A stretch of DNA of 64,000 nt, from NCBI GenBank assembly GCA_001275005.1, contig JWZX01003409.1, positions 1 to 64,000 of the forward strand, given 5' to 3'. Positions 1 to 10,600 of the stretch are shown one piece after another. Position 1 is the stretch's first letter; each line of letters starts with the position of its first letter. Source of the stretch: Chrysochromulina tobinii. Taxonomy: Eukaryota. The notes beneath the pieces were generated by a model, which was given only the letters and a program-made list of their open reading frames with translations, searched no databases and was not told the origin of the DNA. The position numbers and the translations under genes are program-made.

Positions 1-111
1 GGCCACACCTCCGTCCATAGCGATAGAGGCCCTCGTGCTTGGGGGTCCGGAGGTTGTGCGCGTTGTGTTGAACAGCAGCAGCAGCAGCGGGCGGGCGCCC
101 GTCCGAGCCAC

Positions 112-633
112 ATGAGTGCCATGTACCTCATTTACCTCCTTGGCTCAGCTGCTGCGTTCTCGACAGCTCGAATGCCATCGCGTCCGCTCGCGTGTCCACG
201 CATATCAGTGAATGCACCTGCTATGAGCTATGACTATGAAGAATTTCGACCCGACCCTCCGTGGCAGCGTGACGGCATCTTGTTATTGGCTTATGTAGGC
301 GTCGAGACGCTACTGCGATCCGCAGCCACCGGATTCAAACCCAAGCTCGGCTTTGACTTGATGCAGCTCAATGCCGCCATGGGAGGCGCCTTCCTGATAG
401 CAATGGCGTGGGTGGCTGTAGCGTTGCTTACAGGTGTTGTTGGGAATCATCGATATGACCGTCAACGCGTGCTTTTGACATGGATGATTGCGGCTCCGCT
501 TGCTGCGGCCTTGCGTATCGTACTCTACGACGGGTTTCCATTCGTATCCGAGCTCTTTGTGCTTACTGACGCAGCCACATCACTCGCGCTGATGCTGGCC
601 TTGCGTGCTGCTGAAGAACAGGGTATCATTTAG
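112..633 (+). CDS. Small membrane protein, probably plastid-targeted
   Basis: 173-aa ORF; hydrophobic N-terminus ending AAA-FS (bipartite plastid-signal-like); about 4 hydrophobic helices. Confidence 0.6.
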   Translation: MSAMYLIYLLGSAAAFSTARMPSRPLACPRISVNAPAMSYDYEEFRPDPPWQRDGILLLAYVGVETLLRSAATGFKPKLGFDLMQLNAAMGGAFLIAMAWVAVALLTGVVGNHRYDRQRVLLTWMIAAPLAAALRIVLYDGFPFVSELFVLTDAATSLALMLALRAAEEQGII

Positions 634-849
634 TTTGATGAAAATCGCCCCTCAAGCAGTATAACCATTTAAAATAGAGCTCTATAGTTTCGCATCTACC
701 CACTTAACAAAGTCCATTTACGGGAAGTAGCGGCCGACGTGTACACGAGGTGGCCTCCACTCCCGCTGAAACACAGGGCCTCGAGAACCTCCACACGGAT
801 CTCGGTCTGGTTCTTCAACAGCGCTTTTCTGTTCTTCGTCGTGATCTCC

Positions 850-1320
850 TCAGCGTGCAGCGGAGCGAAAGGACAATGGCACGCAAAAGGCAAATGCGTC
901 GGAAATGCGCTTGAGCGCAAATTGCGGTAGGAAACGCCCAAAGATCTTGTACGCCATCATCGCAAAATAACGATGACGTCCTGCAACAGTTCCATACGCG
1001 ACCAGCATGCAGGCGTAGATGGGCGACACGGCAACAATACTCATGACCCGGTACGAATTGGGCCCGTGGATAAGCGAGCCTTCGATGCCAGTGGTCGCCT
1101 TGAGCGTCGGACGCACCACGGCGACTGACGAGGATCCTGTCACGCCGAACACGACAAAAGCGATCGCGGCCTCCTTGGGGCTCTCGCGCCAGCTCGGTCG
1201 TGGCTGAGTCGTCCACAGCCAGAATCTGTGCCAGGCTGTTGGTGGCGGTGGCGTAGAACTGGAGCACACACGCCGCGCGATCAGCAGGGTCGTCGGCGTT
1301 CGCAAGAGTCGGGCGAACAT
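850..1320 (-). CDS. Conserved small membrane protein (DUF6787-like) with mitochondrial-type presequence
   Basis: Arg/Thr/Leu-rich N-terminus; VFGVTGSSS and PIY..L...GT..GRH..F motifs. Confidence 0.6.
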   Translation of the reverse strand: MFARLLRTPTTLLIARRVCSSSTPPPPTAWHRFWLWTTQPRPSWRESPKEAAIAFVVFGVTGSSSVAVVRPTLKATTGIEGSLIHGPNSYRVMSIVAVSPIYACMLVAYGTVAGRHRYFAMMAYKIFGRFLPQFALKRISDAFAFCVPLSFRSAAR

Positions 1321-1509
1321 GAATTATTCTAGGTCCGCGGTCAGCACGAGAGGGTGCGTGCAAGGATAGGAATGTTCTCACGCCAGTTTTCCCGCAACGC
1401 AGGGGCGCGAAGGTTCTATTTCCCCAAAGCCCAACCGCCCGCCACACAGCGCGTGAACATGTTCACAGCTCGAGTTGTCCACCGCGAAGCCCTGCCTCTC
1501 CGCGGGGCC

Positions 1510-2748
1510 ATGTCGGATTTCCAAGAGGTGGTCGGCAAGACCCGCACCCCACGAGCTTCGCCGGCGCAAGCGTCACAGCCAGCACCCACTCGGCCACCAT
1601 GCCGCTTCTACCAGATCGGCCAATGCACCGCTGGCCGCAATTGTAAGTTCTCGCACGAGAGTACACCGAGCTCAGCACCAGCTGTGAAACTCTCCACGGT
1701 GTGCAAGTTCTGGTCACAAGGCAATTGTGCGCATGGGAACCGCTGCGCGTTCCGTCATGCACCCCAGCAACAGTCTGGACCGCCACCGCCACCGCGACCT
1801 CCACAGGCTTCAGGCGCCTCAGTCGTCCGGACGGCTGTGGCCATGAGCGGCCTGACTTTGACTTCGGCAGCGCAGCAAGTACGGCCGCATCTGCAGCAGG
1901 GGCCGTCGCCACCCGTGCATGCTGTGCCCATGACACCTGCTTGCACGCCCGTACAAATGGCCGGACAACGACCACCATTGCCGTTTGTATACGGGCCGCG
2001 ACTGCCGCCGCCGATGGCAGCAAATACTCCTCTCGGGATGCCCCGAGCGCCTCCTCCCGCGCTACCGCAGCCCACGCCGCCTGCGCCGCCTGCATCAGGT
2101 CCATGGGCCGCCACCGAGCCCAATATATCCAACTCGCTGCCGCCGACGCCGGCGGAGCTGGCGCACTCGGCGGACTTGGAGTGCGGCGTGTGCCTGGAGC
2201 CCGTACTTGCCAAACGAGGCCGGTTCGGGTTGCTCGAGGGGTGTGAACACGCCTTTTGCCTGCCGTGCCTCAAGGAGTGGCGCTCGACGCACGCTCTCCG
2301 GCCGGACGTTGCTCGATCTTGCCCCGAGTGCCGTGCCCCGTCGCATTTCGTGGTGCCCTCATTCGTTCATTTTGTGGCCGATCGCAAGGCGGCGCTCATC
2401 CACGTCTACTTGACAAGTCTCCGCTCGGTGCCGTGCCGCCACTTTGACTATGGGAACGGCACATGCCCGTTCGGCACGTCGTGCTTCTACGCGCACACCG
2501 ACCGGAGTGGCAGGCGCCTCGTCGTCGACCCGCGCAAGGCCTACGGCAAGGGGGGGGCGACGGTCTTGCACGATTACCGACTTTCCGACTTTCTCTTCCC
2601 GGATGAAGCACGCGGCACCGAGGCGGGGCGAGCGCTGCTCGACTCGATCCCGCTTGCGCCGCCGGCAGCCGCTGATGAGGCAGGCGAGGAGGCAGGCGAG
2701 GAGGCGCGCGCGGGTGCGAACGGTGCCGGCGATGGGAGCACCTTGTAG
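1510..2748 (+). CDS. MKRN: Makorin-family E3 ligase (CCCH fingers + RING + CCCH)
   Basis: CRFYQIGQC..C..H and CKFWSQGNC..C..H fingers; RING CGVCLE..FGLLEGCEHAFCLPCLKEWR..CPECR; terminal CRHF..GTCPFGTSCFYAH. Confidence 0.92.
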   Translation: MSDFQEVVGKTRTPRASPAQASQPAPTRPPCRFYQIGQCTAGRNCKFSHESTPSSAPAVKLSTVCKFWSQGNCAHGNRCAFRHAPQQQSGPPPPPRPPQASGASVVRTAVAMSGLTLTSAAQQVRPHLQQGPSPPVHAVPMTPACTPVQMAGQRPPLPFVYGPRLPPPMAANTPLGMPRAPPPALPQPTPPAPPASGPWAATEPNISNSLPPTPAELAHSADLECGVCLEPVLAKRGRFGLLEGCEHAFCLPCLKEWRSTHALRPDVARSCPECRAPSHFVVPSFVHFVADRKAALIHVYLTSLRSVPCRHFDYGNGTCPFGTSCFYAHTDRSGRRLVVDPRKAYGKGGATVLHDYRLSDFLFPDEARGTEAGRALLDSIPLAPPAAADEAGEEAGEEARAGANGAGDGSTL

Positions 2749-3050
2749 AGCGGACTACGCGGAGACAGAGCTCAACACTCATGTACTTTCATCTCTCATG
2801 AGACTCTGACCATGGACTATGACAGACTTCAGACTTGTGTGTTGACGCTCTCGGAGCCCGGCCCCGGGGCGCTGCCCATGGGCGGAATAAAACTGAGTTT
2901 CAAGTCGAGCGTGCATGCACACGCCCACCGTTTGTATTTAAAACGTATCGGGCGTCTCTCCGCTCAATAACTTACCGGACATGATTTGCACGTGCCGCAC
3001 AGGCTGCCGATATGATGCCACACATGAGAATCGGCGGGCTGGAGGCGAGA

Positions 3051-5484
3051 TCACTTGGCCCGGGCGCCAGCGCCCAGTAGCGGGAAGCCACCGGGTTGCA
3101 GCCCCACGTACCCGCCTGCGGGCGGGAATGCCTCGGCGCCAAAGCCCGGTGGCAGGAAGCCGTGCGGCGGCGGCTCCATGGGGTTGGGCTGCAACGCACC
3201 GTGCATGCTCACCATGCCGCCGAAAGAGTCCGGCAGCTGCGCCGCGCCGAGACCACTCTCCATTGGGGCGCCGCTGTCAAAGCCCATCGAGTGCGCACCG
3301 CCCATGCCCGCTGCGCCGCCAAAGCCCATGAGCGACGCGTCAAAGCCGCCAGGCAGACCGCCGGGCGGCGCGGGCGGAGCCATGCCAGGCAGGCCAGAGC
3401 AAGAGTACGGCCCGCCCATGCCGCCTTCGGCACTGCCGATTCCGGGCACGCCTCCGCTGGCCATCTGTGCGGCTATGCGCGCCTCCATCAGCTCCTGACG
3501 CTTGTCGTAGAAGGCGAAGTCGTCCAGGATGGAGGTGCGGCTTCGGTGCGTGTGGAAGATGTGCAGCATCTCGCGCCCTTGGTCCGGCAGGACCTCTTGC
3601 GTGTCGCGCGAGTTAGTCACTGGCTTGTTCTCATTGTTCGCGAGCACTATGTGTCGGAACTGGTTGTTCGGGATGTCCTTGACAAATGTCCACTTGATCC
3701 GGAAGGTGCCGTTCCACTTGTCCTGCCCCCACGAACCGAACCGTTGCGTGTAGTCGAGCGCCGACTCCATCTGGGCCATGCCGCTGAACTGGCCGCTTGC
3801 GTTCACTGAGAAGAAGAGAAAGATAGGTCCTTTGGCGCCCGTCTCGCGGTAGGCCGCGTCGAGGCGCCGGTTGCCCGTGTCCGTGCTGGCCCACACGCCG
3901 TATTTGATCGACTTGTGCACGTCGTCCTCAGAGTAGCTCTTGATGATGTAAAAGCGCGCAAACTTGGGGTTGGGGTCGAAGTGCACTGGATTGATCGTCT
4001 CTTTGAGGCGCATGATCTCGGGTGAGTGGTGGACCGCACCACCGCCTGCTTGGCTGCCGAAACCGAAGGTACCCGAGCGCAGCCCTCGCACGCCGTTGCG
4101 CGCGCGCTCGTGATCGCGTTCGTCGTCGCGCTGCCGCATGGGGCCGTCGAAGCCACCCATCATCATCGGGTCACCGCCACCGCCCTTGCCGTAGCCGCCG
4201 CCGCCCTTACCGTAGCCACCGCCGTAGCCGCCGCCCTTGCCGCCCTTGCCACCGCCGTAGCCGCGCCCTCTGCCAAAGCCGCGCCCGCCGCCGTCGCCGT
4301 AGCCGCCGCCGTAGCCGCCGCCGTAGCCGCCGCCGTAGCCGCCGCCGTAGCCGCCGCCGTAGCCCTCGCCGAAGCCGCCGTTGCCGCCGCCGTCGCGGAA
4401 GCCGCCACGCCCACCGCGCCCTCCATAGCCGCGTCCCTGGCCATGGCCCATGGGCGGCGCTGGCATCATCCCGTCAGCCATCCACCGGCCGTCCTCGCTC
4501 CCAAAGTCGCGCGAAGGGTCGCTGAAGCCGACGCCCCCAAACTGCTCTGCGAGGTCATCCTCGCCTCCGGGGCCGCCGTAGCCGCCCATCGGGCCGCCGT
4601 AACCGTACATGCCGCCGTCACCCATTGGGTACCTGCGCGAAGGCATCGTGGCGGTGCCGAGGCCGGTGAGCGCAGCGGGCGCACCAAGGGAGAGAGCGCG
4701 CGCGAGAGAGAGCGCATTGGCAGCGGCAGCGGCAGCAGCGGCGGCGGCAGCAGCGGCGGCAGCAGCGGCGGCAGCGGCGGCAGCAGCGACGACGAAAACC
4801 GCAGCAGCGAGCTGCTGCTGCCTGCTGCAAGCGCGCAGCATCGCAGGCAGGGGCGCTGGCATCTGCTACGGCTGCCAGCGTGCTATCTCCAGCAGGCGGC
4901 CAGCATCAGGCGGCGACTGCCGCAGTGGTCGGCGCAGCTGAGAGAGCAGCAGTAGCAGCAGCAGCCGAAGCGCCAGCCGCAGCTTCAGCAGCAGCCATAG
5001 CAGCGGCAGCAGCAGCAGCCGTAGCAGCAGCCACAGCCGCAGCAGCCGAAGCCGAAGCCGCAGTGGCAGCATCAGCATGCGCCGACGTGTGTTCGAATGC
5101 GCTGAGAGGGCGCGGCGGCGTTCGCGCACATTCCGTAGCGGGCGCCGTATATTTCCGGTCCGCCTGCGTAGCTCTCATGGCCTGCAGGCGGCGGGTAGTC
5201 TGGCGGTGGCGGTGCACCACCCGTGTCTGTCGGTGCCTGGCCATAGCTCAGCGATGCACCCGCAGCATTGAGCTCGCCGTCAGCTGCAAGGTGGCACACG
5301 CGAGCGCACGACGCGCGTCAGAATGGCAGGGGTTGTGCACACATTGCGCTGGGCTATGCGCTGCATCTTCAGCGCTGCCACGAGGATTTGACACAGGCAT
5401 CGCAACCGGTTCAGTCGCCAGCGTCGCACGCAGGTAGTCGGCAGGCAGCTCCGAGTGATGGGGCATACGCTCCTCGTCCCCCAT
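3051..5484 (-). CDS. YTH-domain m6A reader (YTHDF/ECT-like); predicted exons 5484-5343, 5283-5130, 4632-3051
   Basis: YTH core FYIIKSYSEDDVHKSIKYGVWAST...FFSVNASGQFSGMAQM...KPVTNSRDTQE; Gly/Tyr-rich low-complexity region; GT-AG introns 5342-5284 and 5129-4633 join in frame (GARYGM|YPMG). Confidence 0.9.
4716..5077. repeat. Degenerate (GCA/GCG/GCC)n arrays inside YTH intron 2
   Basis: Runs at about 4720-4790 and 4941-5077. Confidence 0.8.
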
Positions 5485-5683
5485 CACGGTGTTCTCAATC
5501 GCACGGGACGAAAGGCTGTCAGGGCGACGACGCGGGAGCAAAGTCGATTCGGGGCCGCTTCGGCAAGAAACTTACAGTCGACTGTACGCCTTAGCTGCCC
5601 AGCACCGGATCGTTCCACTGCACGAACAAAGCGATTTCCCTCTATTTATCTTTCTCATCGCCCCTTTTCGCGCTCCACAAGCC

Positions 5684-7563
5684 ATGGCTGCTACCGCCTC
5701 GACGGTTCACCTGTCCGGCGTCGACGCTCTATGCTGCGCCCTGCTGGAGACGGCGGCGGCGGTCGGCAACGGCAGCGGCGCGCACGCGCAGGGCGCCGCC
5801 TCTGTCTCGCGCAGCTTGTTACACGCAGCGCACCGAGAGGTGGGCAAGCTGCGGGTGCTCGCCGCTGCGCTGCAATCGGAGATGGTGCTGCTCGAGAGCG
5901 ACGCCGAACGCGCACGGGTAGCGGTGAGCAGCAGCCGCTTGCCCGCGGACGACGAGCCCCGCTTCTCTCTCATGCGCGATCAGCTCGAGCTCGTGACGAG
6001 CGCCTACGTCATGCAGGGCGGCGCCCTCAGTCGGGCACGCTCGCGGTTGCGCTCCCTGCTCGGTACTGACGCCGCCGCGCTGGCGGCCGTGGAGGCGGAG
6101 TGGAGGGAGGCGGACGCGGCCATCGTGCGCGCGGCTGCACAGCTCGGCGAGCAGCAGCGCGCGCGTCTCGAGGCCGTCCGCATGCTCGAAAAGGACCTCC
6201 GCGCGGAGCGCACGCGCATGTGTGAGCTCAAGGAGCAGCTCGGGCACGCTCTTGCCTTTTCGCAGGTGCAAGCGGCTGAGCTTGCTGAAGCGGCCGCGCT
6301 CGTCGCCCGTTGGCGCGCGCACACGTCGCAAAGCGAGCTCCAGTCGCAGCAGCCGCCGCTACAACCGCTCGCTCCGCCGCCCGTGCCAATCCGGAAAGGG
6401 GCTCGTGATGAGGCCGGCCATCACGAGCTCAAGCGACAGCTCGCCGAGGCTGCCCAGGGCCACCGGATGCTGCGCGCCGCGCCGCCACCACCGCCGCCGC
6501 CGCCGCCGCTGCCGCCCACCGCAGCCACGGCACCCTCGGAACCGCCACAGCTGACGGCCGCCATCACGGGCGCGGAAGGCGCGGCGGCGCCCCGTGTGCG
6601 TGCCTCCTCTCGTAAGGCCAGCCGTGCAGCCTCGCGCCCCTCGTCGCCGCGTGAAGCACGGCGCTCCAACTCGCCCCGTGCCGCGCGGCGCTCCCACTCC
6701 CGCCCCGCCTCACCCGCCACCTCGCTCGCCATCTCGGCCGACGTCTCGACCCACGGCAACGGCCATCCCGGCAGCAGCAGCGGCCATGGCGGCGCCAGTG
6801 CGCGTGCGGGTACGATGGCGACGAGCGCCGACGGCGCGGAGGCCGCGGCGCTGCGCGTGCAGCTCCACGGGCTCAAGGCGGCGCTTCAACGGCTCCGAAG
6901 TGAAGCGCCGCCGCCGCAGACGCCGCCGCCAGCCGCGGACGCACCTCAGGCAAAGGCCCTCCTCAAGCAGCTGCGTGTGCGGGAGGCCGAGGCGACGCAG
7001 CTGAGCCAGCGGCTCCACCTGTCCGAGACGCAGCGGCAGTGTGCGGTCGCGCAGGCGCACAAGGCGGAACAGCGCGCGGCGGCGACTGAGGCGGCGCTCG
7101 GCCGGGTGAAGGGGGAACGCGAGGCGGTGCGTGCCGAAGTGGAGGCGCTCGAGGCGGCGCTCGCCAGAGCCGCTTTCGAAGGCTCAGCCGCGCGGAGTGA
7201 GGACAGCAGGGCGGCCAGCAGAGCGGCCAGTCCATCGCTCGCTCGCGTCACGAATCCGCCGCCCCCGACCGTCTTTGCGCCTCTCGATCCGTCCGGCGTG
7301 GCGGGGGCGGAGGCGACTGACGTGGCAGGAGTAGTGGCAGCAGCGGCGACGGCCACGTGCCTGGCCGAGGGTGTAAGCTCGCGTGCGCTCCGAGTCAGTG
7401 TCCAGGAGGCCCTCCAACGAGAGCGCCGCCAGCTTCGCGCCGCGCTCGAGCTCCAGCAAGCCTTGACTGCCGAGCAGGAGGAGCGCATTCGGATACTCGA
7501 GGCGTCGGCTGCGGCCGTGCGGGATGACAAGGCCAGGGGCGTGGGGCCCACTCACGTGAGCAT

Positions 7564-7614
<51 letters not shown>

Positions 7615-10600
7615 CAGCAGGAGCAGCAGCTCGGGCCATGCTGTGGCGGAGAGGGCGATGGCCACGGCGGCGGCCGAGGAGGCGACGTTGCCCGCGGCAA
7701 TGCCTAGTGCCGTGACAGTCCACGAGGATTCGCCCCATGCTGCTGCCGTCGATGCTGTCGTGGCCGCAGTTGAGGATGGCAAGGCCGGTGTGGCGGCATC
7801 AGGAGCATCAGGAGCATCAGGAGCATCAGGAGCAGTGCCCAGGGGGCTGACGGCGGCGGCACAGTCGCCGCTGCCTGTGCCGCCCGCTGTGAATTGCAAG
7901 AGCTCGCTGTCGATCCCGGTTCCGCTGCAGCTGACGCCGGACTCGCAGCCTTCACACTCGCCGGCGCCACCGATCTCGTCTCGGTCTCCCGCCTCGCTGC
8001 CGGAGGCGATGCCGGCTGCGGCTCTGCCGATGGCCCCTGCAGTCGAGACGGCAGAGGCTGCGGGGGCTGCGGCAGTGGAGGCAGCCGAGGCGAGGGCGGC
8101 TGCGGCGGTGGAGGCAGCCGAGGCGAGGGCGGTTGCGGCGGTGGAGGCAGCAGAGGCGAGGGCGGCTGCGGCAGTGGAGGCAGCCGAGGCGAGGGCGGCT
8201 GCGGCGGTGGAGGCAGCCGAGGCGAGGGTGGCTGCGGCGGTGGAGGCAGCAGAGGCGAGGGCCCGCGCGGAGATGGCTGCTGTGGAAGCAACAGCAGCAG
8301 CAGCCGCTGCTGCGCACGTTGCGGCTGCAGCCGCCGAGGAGCGGAGGGCGGCGGATTGCAAGCTGATCAGCATGCAATCCGCCGAGGAGCGAAGGGTAGC
8401 GGAGGCGACGGCTCGCGCTGAAGCAGAGGTGACGGCACGTGCTGAGGCGGAAGCGCGGGCGGCGGCGGCTGAGTTGGCATTGACAGCAGCCGATGAGCAG
8501 CTCCAGAGACGCGAGGTGCACGCGGTTGAGGAGGTGCACGCGGCGGCCGAGGCGGCGAGGGCGGCCGCTGCAGCGAGGGAGGCCGCGGAGGCAGCGGCAG
8601 CGGCGGCGGCGGCGGCGGCGGCGGAAGCAGCGGAGGCGAGAGCGGTGGCCGAAGCGCGCGCGGCGCGCGCAGAGGCAGCCTTGGACCAAGCAAGGGCAGA
8701 GGCCGCGGCCGAGGCAGCTGAGGCGAAGTTGCTTCGACGGCAGAGCCTTCGGCGGCACTCGATGGGCAGTGCGACGCGCACGGCCGACGGGCAGGCAGGT
8801 GCGCCAGGTGCGGCGGACGCGGTGGCGGACGCGGTGGCGGACGTGGTGGCGGGTGCGGAGGACGAGGCCTCGCTGGCAGCGGAGGCGGCGGCAGCTGCGA
8901 ACGCTGAGGCCGAGGCGGCGCTCGAGGCATTCCAGGCTCGATTGGCGTCTGTGCTGGCCATGCGCCGGAGCGGTGAGTACCATAGCAACGTCCTCGACGC
9001 CTACCGGCTGGCCAGCGCCGATCTCGACGAAGCTTCCTTCGCCGCCGTCTACCGTGCCCTGGTGCAGTTGTACGTGGGAGAGGCAAGCGCGGAGGACGAG
9101 GCGATGCTAGGCCTCGCGCCATGCGGCGGCACGAGCGCCGTCGCTGGCGCCAAGCGTGGCGCCGAGAGCGAGAGAGAAAGCTGTGGCGAGGGCGCTGGGA
9201 AGGCGGATGGCGTGGACGACTCGGCGGCGGCGGCGGCGGCGGAGGCGGCGCGTGAGGCGGCGCTGCGGCGCGGCGTCGCTGAGATGGCGACTATCCAAAT
9301 GGGTGAGCTCATGGACCTGCCTGTCGAGAAACGGCGCGCGCACCTGCTTCATCACATCGCCAGGCGCCGAAGCAGCCTGGGCGAGGGGGTCGGCGTCGTG
9401 ACATTGCATGCCCCGGCTCACAAGTCATCGCCAGACATTGCCAAGCGTGAGCTCGCACCATCGACGCCTCGCGCCCGCATGCCCGAGGCTACTGTGGCAT
9501 CAGGTGGAGCGTCGTCGACGGGTGGAGCGGCCGGAGGCTCCTCTGGGTCGGCACCAAACCGACGGGCCTCAACCTCGTCTGCGTCCACCGCGAGCATCTC
9601 GAGCCCCGCCGTGGCACATTCGCCACTCGTGGAAGCCACGGCCACGTCGCCGCTCGCCGCGGAAAGGAGGTCGCCGCAGGCCGCGGAAAGGAGGTCGCCG
9701 CTCGCCGCGGAAAGGAGGTCGCCGCTGGCCGCGGAAGCGATGTCGCCGCTGGGCGACGTCAAATCGCCCAAGGCGGCGCCAGAAACCCTATCGCCGGTGG
9801 CGGAGATGCTCACTCCGGCATGGCTGCGTCAGGCCGCGGCCATCCAAGCTGCTCAAATGGGCCCGCTGCCTTGCCAGCTGGCGGGCGTGTCGGAGGAGGT
9901 GGCGGAGGAGGTGGCGGAGGTGGCGGAGGTGGTGGAGGTGGTGGAGGTGGCGGAGGTGGCGGAGGTGGCGGAGATGGAGGCGGAGGAGGTGCAGGCGGAG
10001 GAGGTGGCGGAGGTGGAGGCGACGGAGATGGACGCAGTGCAGATGACGGCGGCGGAGAAGGACGTGGCGACGGCAGAGGCGCCGACGACGATGGCTTTCG
10101 CACCACAGGCACCGGCACCGGCCTTCGACAAGGTAGCCAAGGTGACGGCTCATGCGCTAGCTGTGGCTGAGGCACCCAGGGTAGTGGCGTCAGAGGAGCG
10201 GACTGATCGACTCGAAGCCATCGCCGCCGCGGATGCTGCCGAGGCCGAGGCGGCGCAGGTCATCGACACGGCGCTCGACGCGGAGCGCGCGTCGCGTGAG
10301 GGGGAGCATCAGGCGTCGCGTGAGGGGGAGCATCAGGCGTCGTTTGAGGGGGAGCATCAGGCGTCGCGTGAGGGGGAGCATCAGGCGTCGCTTGAGGGGG
10401 AGCATCAGGCCCAGCTCGCGGGCCTGTGTGCCGCGCAGCAGCAACGGCTGCTCGATCTCGAGGCGCAGCAGCTGGCTCTGGGCGTCGTGCTCGAGGCGGA
10501 GCGCGCGGAGCATGATCGGCAATGCGCGGCGATGGAGGGCGAGCTGATCGCCCTCGCCAGCGCGGAGGCGAGCCAGAGCTCGGCGCTCGAGACGGCGCGT

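Noticed and set aside
3..58. Hairpin cacacctccg...cggaggttgtg
   Set aside because: Short, at the window edge, plausible by chance at this GC content
4633..4862. Poly-Ala N-terminus of the YTH ORF as given in the ORF track
   Set aside because: Better explained as intron 4633-5129; upstream exons join in frame
1510..5484. Functional cluster of mRNA regulators (makorin + YTH)
   Set aside because: Adjacency alone; no synteny evidence available
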